Below are positions 15,958-33,899 of a stretch of 64,000 nt of DNA, piece by piece. Where the stretch lies: assembly GCF_009914755.1 (NCBI RefSeq), contig NC_060930.1; one strand, given 5' to 3'. The notes under the pieces were generated by a model that searched no databases, was not told the DNA's origin, and saw nothing but the letters and a program-made list of their open reading frames with translations. Made by a program: the position numbers and the translations under genes. The first letter of the stretch is position 1. Each line of letters begins with the position of its first letter. This stretch comes from the human T2T-CHM13v2.0 reference genome, Homo sapiens.

Positions 15958-16369
15958 CTCTGATTCAAGGTCTTTTCACCAAATCCATAAGCCCTTTGCT
16001 TTGTAGTTGTCAGAAGGGAAAGAGAGGAGACAGGAAGATATTCATGGCTTTTCCACAAGAGCTGACTAGCTTCTGCAGCAAATGTTTTTGTTTTTCCCCT
16101 CCTTCAGTAATGGATAGCTAAAAAGTCCACTGGGAACCTTGAGAGCACTTTGCTTTCTTTCCCTGTATTTCTTTGTTTCCCCCAAACAGAAGTGTGCCTC
16201 TGTCCCTCAGCATATGTCAGTTAGGAAACCACTCTCCTTGTGTTTGCATATAAGGGATGGGAAAGAGCTAGTCAGTGAACTCGGCCAATCAGAGGCTTTG
16301 TAACTGGCAGATACCTTGGAGAAAACCAGCCACCTGTTGTGCACCCACAGTATACCTGACCCTTTACCA

Positions 16370-16565
16370 AGCATGACATGTTCTCTCATTTACTCCTCCT
16401 AACATACCTGTGAAGCAGGTACTGTTGTCAACCCTAGCTTGCAGATGGGACAAGGGAATCTTGGACAAGTGTGGTAATTGGTGTAAAGTCCCAGAGCTGA
16501 GTACACTGTGGAGCAAGGATTTGAACCCAAGAAGTCTCATTCTAGAACCTTTGCTCTTAATCTCT
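16370..16565 (-). mobile_element. MIR
   Basis: ttgcagatgggacaagg...ggatttgaacccaag. Confidence 0.6.
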
Positions 16566-17539
16566 TCTAACACCTTTCCCTAGTCTTATTGGTAGAGAAG
16601 AAACCTGTATGTAGAGAACTAACCATATTTTTCTCAGCACCCAGTATCGAGAATTGTCTCAGGGCCTCCCCGAAGACCTAGCTTCCAGTTCCAGCTCCAC
16701 TAATCATTGCTAGCTGGTCTTGACATAGTCAATTAACCTCTCTGAGCTCGTATTCCATATGTAAAATAGGAGAATTGGATTACGGCCATGTTTCTCAAAC
16801 TTTTAGGCTAGATCCATAAAAAGAAATACATTTTATTTGGCAACCCAGTACACACACAAACACACACACACACACTTCATAACCAAAACAAGTGTTTAAT
16901 ACCAAAATATCCATCCTTATTACATGTGAATGCCCTCTGATATTTTCTATTCTAATCTATTTTCATGATTTTTAAATATTAATTGTGACCTATTCTATTG
17001 GATTTGTCAAAAAGCTGAACTAGGTGACCCAGTTTAGACTCCTGGAATCCTAAAATCCTGTTAATCTATATAGATGTCTGTTTGGAGCTTCTCATATCTT
17101 GAATGCATATTTATTTTAAACAAATGAATATCACATATTACAGGGGACAACATCCTTTTTACCTCTGGTATGAGTTAACTGCATCATGGAAATAATAATA
17201 ATTACTTCTATTTATTGTGTACCTCCCATGTGCCAGGGCTTTAAAATGCAGTATCTCCTGTAGCCTGTAGGTGGTAGGTATTCTCTCTGATTTATAGATG
17301 AGGAAACTAAGGATCTGATTAAGTAATTTGCTCAAGGCCCCATAGGCACCAAAGCTGTTTGAACCAAGGCCATTCTAATTCCAAAGCCCTTACATTCAAC
17401 ATTCTTTTCAGAGGAGGGTATATAAAGGGGTTTAGAAGGAGAGGTAAAGTCTAAAAGCTACCGCAGCTGCACATAATTTATTTCCTAATAGTTTGCTGTC
17501 CGTGGCAGAAATGACTGCCCTCTGGGGTGTGAAGCCACC

Positions 17540-17710
17540 GCTGCAGCAATGATTGAAATCACCTGGGAAGCTTAAACAATCGCCCTGCCCTCACCCAGGC
17601 CACCCCCGGACCCGTTAAATCAGAATTGCTAGGGGTGGAACCCAGGCCTTAGTGGTTTTTAAAAACCCCAAGGTGGTTCTAATATGTAGCCAAGGCTGGG
17701 AACCATTGCT
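17540..17710. mobile_element. MER5A-like hAT MITE
   Basis: aatcacctgggaagctt...aaatcagaat...ggttctaatatgtagccaaggctgggaaccattg. Confidence 0.75.
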
Positions 17711-18039
17711 CTGAAATCTCAGAAATTAAAGAGCTGTAAGGAGCTTTTCTATTTTACCTCCTGCAAACAAGATTTACTAAAATACTGCTTAAAGCTCTTT
17801 AACTGCTTCCACAGAGCTGAAGTACAGGACCTTTGCTGTTTCTTTGGAGCACACACAAAAATCTGATAAACAACCTTGTATCTGCTTTTCAACACACCTA
17901 GAGAAATTAGAGAATGCTAAGGATGTAGATGAGGAGATGTTTAAAGCAACTGTGGTATTCTGGAGAATCTAGCTCCGAGATACTTTATAACTCAGCTCAT
18001 GTCATTTTGTTTTTCATTTCTTATTTTTACTTATTTACA

Positions 18040-18333
18040 TATTTTTTCAGACAGAGTCTCACTCTGGCACCAGGCTGGAGTACAGTGGTGAGTCACAGCT
18101 CACTGCATCTCAAATTCCTGGGTAATTCTAACTCTCCCAGGATTGGAGTCTCCTGAGTAGCTGGAACTACAGGAGCACACCACCACAGCCACTTCATTTT
18201 TCACATTTTTTTTTGTAGAAGTGGGGTCTTGCTGTGTTGTCTGGGCTGGTCTTGAACTCCTGGCCCCAAGCGATCTTCCCGCCTAAGCCTCCCAAAATGT
18301 TGGAATTACAGGTATGAGCCACCACGCCCAGCC
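18040..18333 (-). mobile_element. AluJ
   Basis: Diverged Alu consensus. Confidence 0.9.
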
Positions 18334-18468
18334 AGCTCATCTAATTCTGAAAGTTATTTTTGTATGAATGGAGAAGTCGGTTGCTGAATTAGCAGAATTG
18401 AGTGTGACCTGTAGCCATAGGCGAAGTGGACTGGGGACAATGTAGAATGCCAACAAAGACTAAAGTCA

Positions 18469-18801
<333 letters not shown>

Positions 18802-19303
18802 TCAGTGAAAGATTTCCACTTTTTCACATGGATTATGGCAACTGTGGTGAAACCAGGAAGCCTCTCCCAAAGCATTTTCCACAGGAATAGGATGAAGTCA
18901 TTTTACTAACCTTCCGGTCTTACCCAAATTTATACCAGGATTATTGCAGTGTGTGATCTATTTGCCATTTGAAATATAAATGATCAACACTCAATTTCAC
19001 TGTCTTCCATGAAGGAGTCTTCAAAATGGGGGCTGTGCCATACTGCTGGGTTTTTTCCACATCTCAAGCCACAGCATTAATAATGTTAAAAATATCTGCA
19101 ATTTTCATACTTCAGACAGTAAAAGCACGGCATTACCATAACCAAGAACAAATGCATGCTGTTCTCAAAGATGATTATATGTTTCTTTTAGACCCCTTAA
19201 CAGACGGCAGGTCCTGAATTCTCCTGCTTAGGCCAACATGGATAGAGGTGCTATGCGTCTGCTCTGTCTGTAGTAAAAGCCCCCGATGTTTGACTGCTTA
19301 CAG

Positions 19304-19447
19304 AATGACGTGGCCGCACTTCTGAAACCCATATCGGAAAAGATTCAGGAAATCCAAACTTTCAGAGAGAGAAACCGGGGGAGTAACATGTTTAATCATC
19401 TTTCGGCCGTCAGCGAAAGCATCCCTGCCCTTGGATGGATAGCTGTG
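19304..19447 (+). CDS. CAP2: CAP2 coding exon (exon 5), helical folded domain; [13 protein letters not shown]...PALGWIAV
   Basis: ttacag| acceptor, |gtgagt donor; 144 nt, phase 0-0; translation matches recalled human CAP2. Confidence 0.97.
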
Positions 19448-19775
19448 GTGAGTCCAGGTGCAATGTTGCCTCTTCACCTCATCACACGTTTGGAGTATTT
19501 AGGAGAACTAGTAGCTTAGCTACCTTCACGCTCCTTGCACTGAAGGAAGCTTCTTCCTGGGCTGAATGCATCCACTTTCTCCTACCCTGTTTAAAGTTCA
19601 AGCTTTCTGTTCTGAGATACTGTAGAAAGTGTTTTTATCAACCTTTACAGAGCAACATGTGCCTCCCACTTTCAAGTCCACGCGTCTCCATTGCTTTTCT
19701 TCTTCTTTAAGGCATTTTCTTTCTTATCCTATTTTTTTTTCCTTCTATGCTTGGGTGACGGTCCTGTTTTCTCAG

Positions 19776-19861
19776 TCTCCCAAACCTGGTCCTTATGTCA
19801 AGGAGATGAATGACGCTGCCACCTTTTACACTAACAGGGTCTTAAAGGACTACAAACACAG
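19776..19861 (+). CDS. CAP2: CAP2 coding exon (exon 6); [28 protein letters not shown]+AG
   Basis: tttctcag| acceptor, AG|gtacgt donor; 86 nt, phase 0-2. Confidence 0.97.
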
Positions 19862-20890
19862 GTACGTACCTTCCTTTACTCACCAAATTTTCAGTTGATT
19901 ACTTGTTAGACATTTGTCCCTAAAACTCAGTCCAGTTAACTACTGATTCCTTTCCAAGGCTCTACACTAATGTACTATAAACTTTAAAGGAAAATCTAAT
20001 CTTTGCAGATAAAGTCAAGTGGAAAGTGGAATCAATTATCCAGATAATATATGGGTTTTAGAAAGTCTGCCTCAGTTCTCTCATAATGAATAAACTCTCC
20101 CCACTTGAATGCATGTCACTATCTTATGTATTCCCACAATAATCAGAGAGCTTGGTGATGGAACAACCCTATATGGTACAGAACCTTTACATGCATCAAA
20201 GTAGAGTTGGAGGGTGAGCTATAGAAGAGAGGAGGAATCAGGAAATGAAGTGTGAATCAAGAACAGAAATGAGGTGAAACAACAAACCAGAGCAGTGAGA
20301 AGGAAACCAGAGACTCAGTTAATATGAAATACAACTGGGGTGTACGCAGAGACACCTGGAAGACTAGCAGCCATTCAGAGTGCTGCTGAAAGTATAGATG
20401 AGTCTAAACCAAGGGGCTTTGCCTGGTGAACCAGCGTGAAAGGACCTTGCGTTCGACAGCACAAGTAATAGATCCCAGAGTAACTTAAACTGGAGTCAGA
20501 ATAGAAAATAGGCCCAAACGGAGACATGGCAGAGCTGAAGAAATATCCAGGAAAATGTGTCCTAAACTATTTAAAGGATATCATGAGATTCCAACCCCTC
20601 TGATAAGGTCGTGCCTTGTACTCTAAACAGCTGGCTAAATGTGATGTGGCTGGTGCCTAGGAACTAAGGGAAGGGATGAGGCAAATATAAGAGCAACAAG
20701 GTTCTACCTGCTTCTGGCCCTGGACTCAAGAGTGGATCTCCCTCTGAGCTCTTAGATGGCAGCAACAGAAGTGACCATTGGTCAGCAAATGCAGAGGCAC
20801 CTGGGGACGTCTCATGTGTTGACCCAGACTGTTCAGGTGGAAGGAAATTAAAGAACCTGCATTATTGGATTATTGCTTCAATTCACCTTC

Positions 20891-21188
<298 letters not shown>

Positions 21189-21530
21189 CTCAATTCACTC
21201 CTTTATTTTACTAATGCAGATCTGAAAATTAGAACCAGAAGAAAAGGGTCTACAACAATATAAGACAAATTTTATATGGAATATAGAAAAATTGCATAAA
21301 ATACATAAATAAATACCTAGTATACTTCCAGGCCATTAATTAATATTACATATTCAAAATTTTCATCACTTTTTTTGTAGATTTTTTTATTTTTAAAAAT
21401 ATTGAGTAGATACAAAAGAATATTTATAAAATACACACGAGATGTTAAGGATTACAATATAAAAAAATACCTATACATCCATCCCTCAAGTTAAGAACTA
21501 TGTAACAATATTTTTTTACTATAAAAAGCA

Positions 21531-22480
<950 letters not shown>

Positions 22481-23563
22481 CAAAAAACAAAAAGAAAAAC
22501 AAACAGCCATTGTATTCCCCTCACAGAATTTAGTCGTTCCATGTTGCTTTTGGGAAGAGGAGCTTTAGCAGACAGAACGCCGAATTCCAGGGTCTTCAGT
22601 GCGCCTCTTTTCCTCTTAGGGGCTCTGCCCACCCCGAGAAAACTTTGGTTAAAACAGTTGTGCTCAGTTACAGACTTTTTGCATCAAGGCAATTGTGCCC
22701 AATGATATGCCTCCAAATGTTGCCGTGTTGTATTAGAGACTTTAGAACTGTGCGGCACGCATGAGAAAGGCATCAGAAATGCAAGATGGTCTGTTCTTCT
22801 GACATAAAAATAACATTTCAGAAAAGAGCAAGTTTCAATTCCCAAACCTGGATATCATATGACAGCATGAACATACACCCATGGTGACTTCTTTTGTTCC
22901 AGATATACAGACACACACCTACACATGCCAGTTCAGGACAGCTCAAGCACTACCTAGGTTTCTGCCTTTTTACCTTCCACCCTTGGAGACTATTTTAATT
23001 AGTATCTCAGTTCATCAGCTCCTGTCCTTCTCCCAGTCCCTCCTTGAGTATATGTTGGGGCTGTGGGTGTGAGGGGTTCTCCCCAGGTAGCAGCATAGTC
23101 AAAAGGGTTGGGCTTTTCTACATGCTTTTTGTTCACAAAGAGGGTTCAGTATTTGCCCCTCAGTGTTAACTCTAGCAATTAAGTAGAAAATGTACTTCCA
23201 GTAGTACCAAAGATGACTCAGTTAAGCTCAGTGGACTACCTCAAGACTGTACAAGAAGCCGAAGAAATGCAGCTGGAAGTGCAAATGCATTCGTTTTACT
23301 GCTAGGAGTAGTCAAAGCACTCCCAGGTCACCCTTGAGCTTCTGAAAGCGGACTAAGCAGCATACTCCACACCATGCAACACCCATTTACCGGTGGACTC
23401 AAGCCCGTGGTGCCGTCTCTGTGTCGCAGTCATTTGTGCGTCACTGCTGCCCACTGGGCAGTAGGACCGTAGGTAGAGGAGTAGAAAGGCAGACTTCCTT
23501 GAGGTTTAAACAGGACTGTGAGCAGTGAAATCTGTATCTGTGCAACGCTTACCACCAGCTTGA

Positions 23564-23888
<325 letters not shown>

Positions 23889-24246
23889 TGGTTCTTTCAA
23901 TATATGAATACAGCAAGTCATTTATTTTAGCTTTATAGAGGTGTGGTCTCTCTGAGTCATAATCATTAAAATTCACATTCCCCTACCATAGCTTCTTCCA
24001 GAGTATATGAAAACTGAAGATAGGTTTGCAGCTCCTAATGTGTATTTGGGTCCTGCTCAATTTGTTACCCCTTAAAGACTGATTTCAGGTAAAAGGGCAC
24101 CATACTCTTAGTCCTTATTACAAGTTTTGCTAGAACGTTCTTCAAGTCAAAATAATACTGCATTGGTTAAAAAAAAAAAAGAATTTGCCCATATAGACTT
24201 GAATTTCATCCACTGTTAAATTTTTTAATGGAAAATATACTGAATC

Positions 24247-24543
<297 letters not shown>

Positions 24544-25983
24544 GAGAAGAAAGTATATTGAATGTCAACATGCTATTTCTATAATGTCCACAAACATACA
24601 TGTGTGTTGTATGTACATACACATATAAACATAGACATATGTGTGTACATTTATATTGAAGTAATGTTCATGCTCTAATAATAGCTATGTGTATACTGCT
24701 TCCTATGTGCTAGGCACTGTACTAAGACCCTTATAAGACCCTACAGACTTAGGAAACTAACAAGAGAGACCGTTGGAGCTACACTTAGTTTTTGAGTTTT
24801 GACTGTGAAGGTGAGGTAAAGCGACAATGAGATTTTTCATACATTTGATGAATATATCAGTACATCTAAAAATGTAGAACAAAACCACACTCACATTTTT
24901 TCTATTTGTGGAGTGAATAATTGTGACTTCAGTTCCCAATTTCACTCCTTCTAAATGGCATGCCTTAATACAATAGGATTCTAAACATGCTGGTGGTACT
25001 TTAGGGCTTTTCAAGGAAAACAAAATATGTCTAGAGACAAGTCATTATTACAAGAGCTTTAATAATAGAGATTTCCATTCATGATTATCTTCAGATTAAT
25101 GGCCCAGGAACATAATTAAATTTTTCTTAACTCAAATGTCATTATTTTTGCATTTACCTTGACTTCTATAAGTGAGAAAAAATATATTATAGGTAAAAAT
25201 TGCCGAAAGGAAATGCAACTATTTTTACCTATCTATAAGTTTAATATTTCTAACAATTCTTTCAATCTTGTATGTTAATCCCATTATAAAAGGTAAGCAT
25301 TTTACTAGCCCTTGGTTCAATAAAATAGAGATAAAAATACTGGTGATGCCTTGCCTGGTTTGTATTGTCATTCAAAGTATTAAATTAAGGGAATTTAAGT
25401 AAATGTCCCTTTAGAAGTAAGGGGTGTTACCTGTTTGTAAGAGATCAATTTTCTTCCTATACCAACTTCTTTGTCAGTCATAATGGCTAAAATTCTCCAA
25501 TTTGGTTATACTTTTAACCAAATAATTCAACAGAATTATTAGAAAATGAACCCAATGACTTTTTTTTTCTTTTTAATACCATTCTCATTCCTGGGAGTAT
25601 ATTGTCTCTCATTTTGCATCAGAAGCAGTGCAGAAAGAAACAGTCTCCCCTCCACGCCCCCGTCACGTGAGGGCTGACTGGGACAGTGCAAGGACACCCT
25701 ACTCAAGTCAGCTTAGCTCTGTCGGGTCCCCTCTCTGTGGTACCTCTGCTCCATACCCGGAGCTCAGGGCATCCGGCCACCTGCCGCCTCCCCTCAGGAG
25801 AGTACTGGGCCAGCTTCCTCCCAGGGTTCCCTTCTGAAGCCCTTCACGGTGCCTGGGTTGCAAGGACGATTGCTCCGGGCTCCAGGGCCCCTAGTCACTA
25901 GATAACCATGTGCCCCCACAATTTTTTTAAAATTTTATTTTAGATCCTAACTCTGCTTTCTTCAACCCTCTTTCACAACAAAG

Positions 25984-26089
25984 TGATTTGCGTCATGTGG
26001 ATTGGGTGAAGTCATATTTGAACATTTGGAGTGAACTTCAAGCATACATCAAGGAACACCACACCACGGGCCTCACATGGAGCAAAACA
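25984..26089 (+). CDS. CAP2: CAP2 coding exon (exon 7); (S)[35 protein letters not shown]
   Basis: aag| acceptor, |gtgagt donor; 106 nt, phase 2-0, completes the AG|T Ser codon. Confidence 0.96.
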
Positions 26090-26216
26090 GTGAGTACGAG
26101 GCCTTCCTCCACGTGTGTAAAAAAAGGCCATGACTATATATACACCCTGTGGCCCAGTAATCTCACACCTTAAAACTTACCTCAAGGAAAATGTAAGATT
26201 AAATGTCCATGTGGAG

Positions 26217-26908
<692 letters not shown>

Positions 26909-27057
26909 AGGAAATGGCTAAGTCGTCCATGGTAAGAATGCAATGAAACACTCTACAGCCATTAAAATGCTTTACCAGTTAATGTTAAGTGATAAAGTCA
27001 ATTGCAAAAGTTTATGAGTATTAAGATGATGTATATGTTAAGAAATTGCGTGATAGA

Positions 27058-27345
27058 GGCTGGGCACGGTGACTGTAATCCTAGCACTTTGGGAGGCCAA
27101 GGTGAGTGGATCACCCGCGGTCAGGAGTTCGAGACCAGCCTGTCCAACATGGCAAAACCCCATCTCTGCTAAAAATACAAAAAACAGCCGAGCGTGGTGG
27201 TGCACGCCATAATCCCAGCTACTCAGGAGGCTGAGGCAAGAGAATCGCTTGAATCCGGGAGGCGGAGATTGCAGTGAGCCAAGATAGTGCCACTGTACTT
27301 CAGCCTGGGTGACAGAGCAAGACTCTGTCTCAAAAAAAAAAAAAA
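27058..27345 (+). mobile_element. AluS
   Basis: TSD gtgataga. Confidence 0.92.
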
Positions 27346-27384
27346 TGTGTGATAGAAATTGAAGGGAACAAGAAGGTTTGAAGA

Positions 27385-27771
27385 CAGGTGTACATGGAAA
27401 GCTATGCAGCCATAAAATAGAACAAAATCATGTCCTTTGCAGCAACATGGAAGCTGCTAGAGACCACTATCCTAAGCTAATTAACTCAGGAACAGAATGC
27501 CAATACCGTGTGTTCCCACTTACAAGTGGAAGCTAAATAATGGGTACACGTGGACATAAAGACGGGAAAAACAGACACTGAGGACTGCTAGAGATAGGAT
27601 GGAGGGAGGAGTCCAAGGACTGAAAAACTACTTACTGGGTACTGTGCCTACTACCTGGGTGACGGGATCATTCACACCCCCAAACCTCAGCATCATACAA
27701 TATACCCACGTAACAAACCTGCACATGTATCCCCTGAACCTAAAGTAAAGGTTGAAATTATTCCAAAAAAA
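27385..27771 (+). mobile_element. L1PB/L1MA-like 3' end
   Basis: atcatgtcctttgcagcaacatgg...aacaaacctgcacatgtatcccctgaacctaaa. Confidence 0.85.
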
Positions 27772-28579
27772 AGAGAACAAGATAGATGTCATTTTAATGA
27801 GGTGGAATTATGATTAAAATGTCCTTTAAATGTTCTTAACTTCTCTTTTAGTGTTCTAAAGTGTATTGAATAGTATTTTTGAGTACCTAGGCGATCCTAG
27901 GACTTTGGTATCTTAGTAGCAGCATAAGATCACAGCCTGTGTCTGTTCCCACTTTAATTCCCATGTGAGATGTTGCGCTGACCTTTGCCCCTTTCAGCTT
28001 TATCTCTCACATCCTCTCCCATGTCTCACCGTGTGTTCCAGCAACCCCTCACTCCTTGTGGTATCCTGAACAAAGCCAGTGCTTGGATTGCACCAAATGA
28101 AATTGATGTTGTTTCAAAATTTACCGAACTCATATTGTGTAACCTTTATTGCAATGTCCTGAACCTATATCCTGCTGTATAACCTAATTTCCCCCGGGGA
28201 GGTACCCCTACCTCTTCTGCAAGACTCACCTCACACATCACCTCTTTAAGAAACTTCCATTGATCTCCATCAGCTCCCCATCTGGGTTGACTGGCTCTGC
28301 TCTCTGTCTGCCTCCTTTGCATCTTGAGTATACCTCAGTCATATCCTTAGCATGTGGAATGGTGCTTTACTGTGTGCTTTTGGGACTCTCCCACTAGATT
28401 GGAAACTCATCTCTTGTCTCCAGCCCCTAGTATAGTGCCTGGCACAGAGTAAGTGCTCAGTAAATGGTTTGAACTAAATGATCATGAGGGGACTCTTAGA
28501 ATGTTTCTTGCCCTTTTGAATCTCTGCACTTGCTTTTCATGGAAACTCCTTTCCATTAGAAATTAATGTTACAGTGGAC

Positions 28580-28762
28580 TTAAGGGACTTGAGGGAAAGG
28601 TTGGGAGGGGGCTGAGGGATAAAAGACTACAAATTGGGTACAGTGTATACTGCTCAGGTGATGGATGCACCAAAATCTCACAAATTACCACTAAAGAACT
28701 TACTCGTGTAACCAAACGCCATCTCTTCACCAAAAACATATGGAAATCAAAATAAAATAAAG
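28580..28762 (+). mobile_element. L1 (PB/MA) 3'-terminal fragment
   Basis: gggtacagtgtatactgctcaggtgatgg...ctaaagaacttactcgtgtaacc. Confidence 0.75.
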
Positions 28763-29754
28763 AAATTAATGTTAACTTGAATGAAACAGCTTCTTTGTGA
28801 ATTCCATTCAGAGGTAAAACTCACTGTCCTGAAAGCAGTACCCCAGCACCCAACCCTCCATGCTGGATGTCCCTGTCAGTATAGTAAGCAGGCTTCATGC
28901 CAAAGGAGAGTTTGTGGTTTTTCAAGAGAGTGTGGGGCCTTCTACATTTGTTTTCCAACACTTTTACAAATGTTAACACGACCCTTCAAGACTGATGTTT
29001 CTTTTTATATTCTACTTCGCCTATTTTCTCCATAGCACTGAAATGCACAGTGCAAGATACAACTAAGCGGATTGTTTTTTTTTTCCTAACCACAACATTG
29101 TGACTTTTGAGAAGAGAATTCAAAAACATGTGAAGGGTTTTAATAAGTAAGGGTATGTGTGGATATGGATGGGTGTTTATGTAGACTAATTGGAATTATT
29201 TTTTATCGATTTCCAATGAGATAGTGTTTTGTTGTACAGCCATGTATCATAAAGAGAAAGTGTCACATCTTTGCCATGGTGATAGATCATTATTAGAGAA
29301 CAGTAAAATGAAAATCAGGAGCCCTTGGCTCTATTATTATTTCATGGTAGATAAAGGCCAGAGGAATGAGAATCCATTTATGGAAAATAGTGTCAACAAA
29401 TGCTAGCCTGTTAATTCTCTAATGGTGCCCATGGAAAATGAATAGAAAATTACTTTTAAATGGTTTGAATACCTTTAATGCAATGTGCAAAGCTGAGTAA
29501 TTGTGTTTATGAATATAAAAGAGAATTGATTATTAATTACAGAAAAATATAAATGTAGTTGTCTTCCTTTGTTCTAAAGTGAATACTTATTATGTTCAAG
29601 CTTCACAAAACAATACTTGCTCTTACTATGTACAACACATTCAGATATTTTATTTTTTATTTCATTTTTTATAAAATTCTGGCTGAGACCCAATAAATTG
29701 ATTTCATGACCCCACTAGTGAGTCATATCTCACATTTTTTAAAATGTGTTATAA

Positions 29755-30113
<359 letters not shown>

Positions 30114-30770
30114 TCAGGCATCATGGATTGCCATGACAGCTGTTATTTATATTATACATATTATGTGCTCACATAATATGCCAGGGGAATATTCTATTCA
30201 AAATGGTAAAAGCAAAGCATCTACTTCACTTCTCTAATGGAAGAGAAAATGATAAAGTTTTGGTCAGATATTAAAAATGATTAAAAATCTTTTGTCAAGC
30301 TTTAAAACATATGCCTAGAAATATATTTCCTGATTTTTTATCTTATTCTTCCAAGGTTTGGGCAGCTATTAAAAAGTATATTATAACAATTATATTTTTG
30401 AATTTTAAAATCAAATTTCTTTTAAATTATTAAAAACGACTTAAAGATTCCAAAGCATAGTCCATAGCATAAATCAAGCTAATTTCTCCTCTCTGACTGT
30501 GGCCTGTCGACATTCCAGCAAAATGGAGGATAAACAGTTATAGCCAGAGTTGCAGCATTCTTGCAGAGAAGAGAAAAGGACTCCTAGAATCATCTGATTG
30601 AATGGTCTTTGGGAGGAAAAAATAAAGCAAGACCATTTCATTTGTTTGCCCACTGATCACAACTCTGTAAAAACTATGTATTTATAAAATGATAAATATC
30701 ATGAAAGACTATAGAAAGATGTGGTGTTGATGTTTGTGGACACCACAGTATTCAGAGATTTTTTTTTTAA

Positions 30771-31103
<333 letters not shown>

Positions 31104-32239
31104 TAACAGACACAGTCCATTGCACAAAACTCCTACTTGCACCGTGAAAAGTTTATGACGACTTAACATCTCAAGTACTTTCAGTAATTGTTGTTTTTTT
31201 CTATTTTCAAATTGGATTTTGAGATTTGCACTCTGTGGGGTTTTTAGTGACTGACAGCCTGCTGTTTGAGACCTGGACTGTCCAAGGGCACGTGGCTCTA
31301 CAAAATCATCCTTCCCTGAGTTAACAGTTGGAGCTGAAAGTCCCTGATCCCATCTCCTAACCTCTGCCTCCAGACCGCAGCTGTGTCAGGCAACTGCTGC
31401 CCTGTTCAGTTGTCAGGGTGAAATGCCAAACTTTGAGACCAGCGATTTGAAGAGAGTCTACGTGTGTGTGCAAGTGTGCCGGGTGGGGTGGGGTGAGTTG
31501 GGTGGGAGGAGGCAGCTGTGGAATAATCTGTCTGGAATGTCTTCTTACATTTACCATGGTAAATGGAATCTTGTCATTTCTATGAGCTTTTTTCCAACTT
31601 ATTAAGACAGCTGTCAACTAGAAAGACCCCACACCAGAAACTAACTTGCTGTTTTCAGTTAGTTTCATCCTTGGGACTGGACCTCTTTTTCATATGAGTT
31701 TGTGTCATTTCCTCAGTGCTAAGTTTCAAATGCACTTCGTTGAACAAATTGATCTTTTGGCACAAACCCATTAGCAGCACTGTTACTTAGGATCCCTCGC
31801 AGTTGGTCAGAGCTGTAATATTCCTTGGCATTTCCTTCAAATCAGATAACTAAAGTCGAAAGACTAAGGCCTAGTCTTTACCCTTATAATTATTGAAATA
31901 ATTGACTTTTTTCCTACAAAACTCTTCATTTCTGTGAATCTATAAATGCAGACTATTATCCTGTTCTAAAAACAGACTATTATCTGTTCAGAAAATTCTG
32001 CTCAGATAAAGGTCATGTAAAGAATTCTATGATTAGGAGAAATGTGATTATTTTATTAACTTTCGGTTGTTAAACTTGTTGACATATTTCTGTCCTTTCC
32101 TATATTTCTGAATTACTTTAGCTTTGGGATCAAATAAGATATAATTATTTGTAGAGTAGAATAAAACTGCACATGGATGAATGTATATACAGTCTTATGT
32201 AATAGTGATGTAGTTCTATTTTTTTTGTTGTTACTGTTT

Positions 32240-32553
32240 TTTGTTTTGTTTTGTTTTTTTGATACAGAGTTTCGCTCTGATGCCCAGGCTGGAGTACAGT
32301 GGCACGATTGCAGCTCACTGCAGCCTTGACCTCCTGAACTCAAGCAGTCCTCCTGCCTCAGCCTCCTAAGTAGCTGAGGCTACAGGCGTGCACCAACATG
32401 CCTGGCTAATTTTTATATTTTTTTTGTAGAGACGTGATTTCACCACGTTGCCCAGGCTGGTCTCAAACTCCTGGGCTCAAGTGATCCGCCTGCCTTGGCC
32501 TCCCTAAGTGCTAGGATGATAAGCATGGTAGGATGATAAGCTGCACCCAGCCA
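32240..32553 (-). mobile_element. AluJ
   Basis: Alu consensus. Confidence 0.9.
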
Positions 32554-33267
32554 ATGTAATTCTTAATAATACGGGTTTTAAAAATCCATCCTATACACTA
32601 TCATCCATCCTAGCCTCTCCTGAACCTCCAGGAAAATGCAAGTCGTTGGTGGTGGTTACAATTATAGACAAGGTGGCGTTTCATTTTTCCCAAAGCAAAA
32701 TGCTTTAGGATCACTTCTTTTCCTCCAGGTAGATATTTCTTTTCTTTCTGTTTCTTGGTGTAAAGGCCAAATGTCTGTTAACAAAGTGAAAGTTTAATAG
32801 CTTACTTTTGATCAAATTAAAACTCAGCCAGAGGGTATCCCGACTTATTATAAATAATGTAGACTCTGTGGCATGTCATTAACTATGAATATGTATGCCT
32901 TGTACGTTTTCAAGTCTTCAGGCCTCTTTACCTTCCTCTTGCTATTTACAAGAGAAAACTGTTCTTAAGCTTTTATATCCAAATTTTCATTTAGAACTTG
33001 TACCAAACCCACACCTTAGGGGTATTAATCAAAGTGAATGGGCAGCGCCTCAGATGATGTGTTGGTTGTCTGATGACAAAGCTCACTGTTCTCTATGGCT
33101 CTTCCCACGGAGTGGCCCTGGCCAGTGTACCTGACCACAGCTGCGTCGTTCTACTTAGTTCAGTTTGGGCTTCTAGGTCCCTTCTGGGGCTCTGGGTGGC
33201 CAGTTACTCTTATTCTCTTATGGAAGGGTTCCACATTGCTCAACAGGGGTTAGAAGTGTCATCAACT

Positions 33268-33662
<395 letters not shown>

Positions 33663-33899
33663 TTAAACCAATATGGCTTAAGCATCTACTATGCACTGAG
33701 TTCTGGGCAAGGGGCTAAGAATACAAAGATGGGTAGATGGCATTGTGGACACGATTCCTGTCCACGGAAACGCGCATTCTAGCTGAAGAAGATGAGCAAT
33801 GCACCATGATAGAACAGGGGGAGCAGTGTGCTAGGGAATCCACACAAGGCATGACGCTTGCATAGACCAGGACCACGTGGAAGATACGGCCCATCCTGT

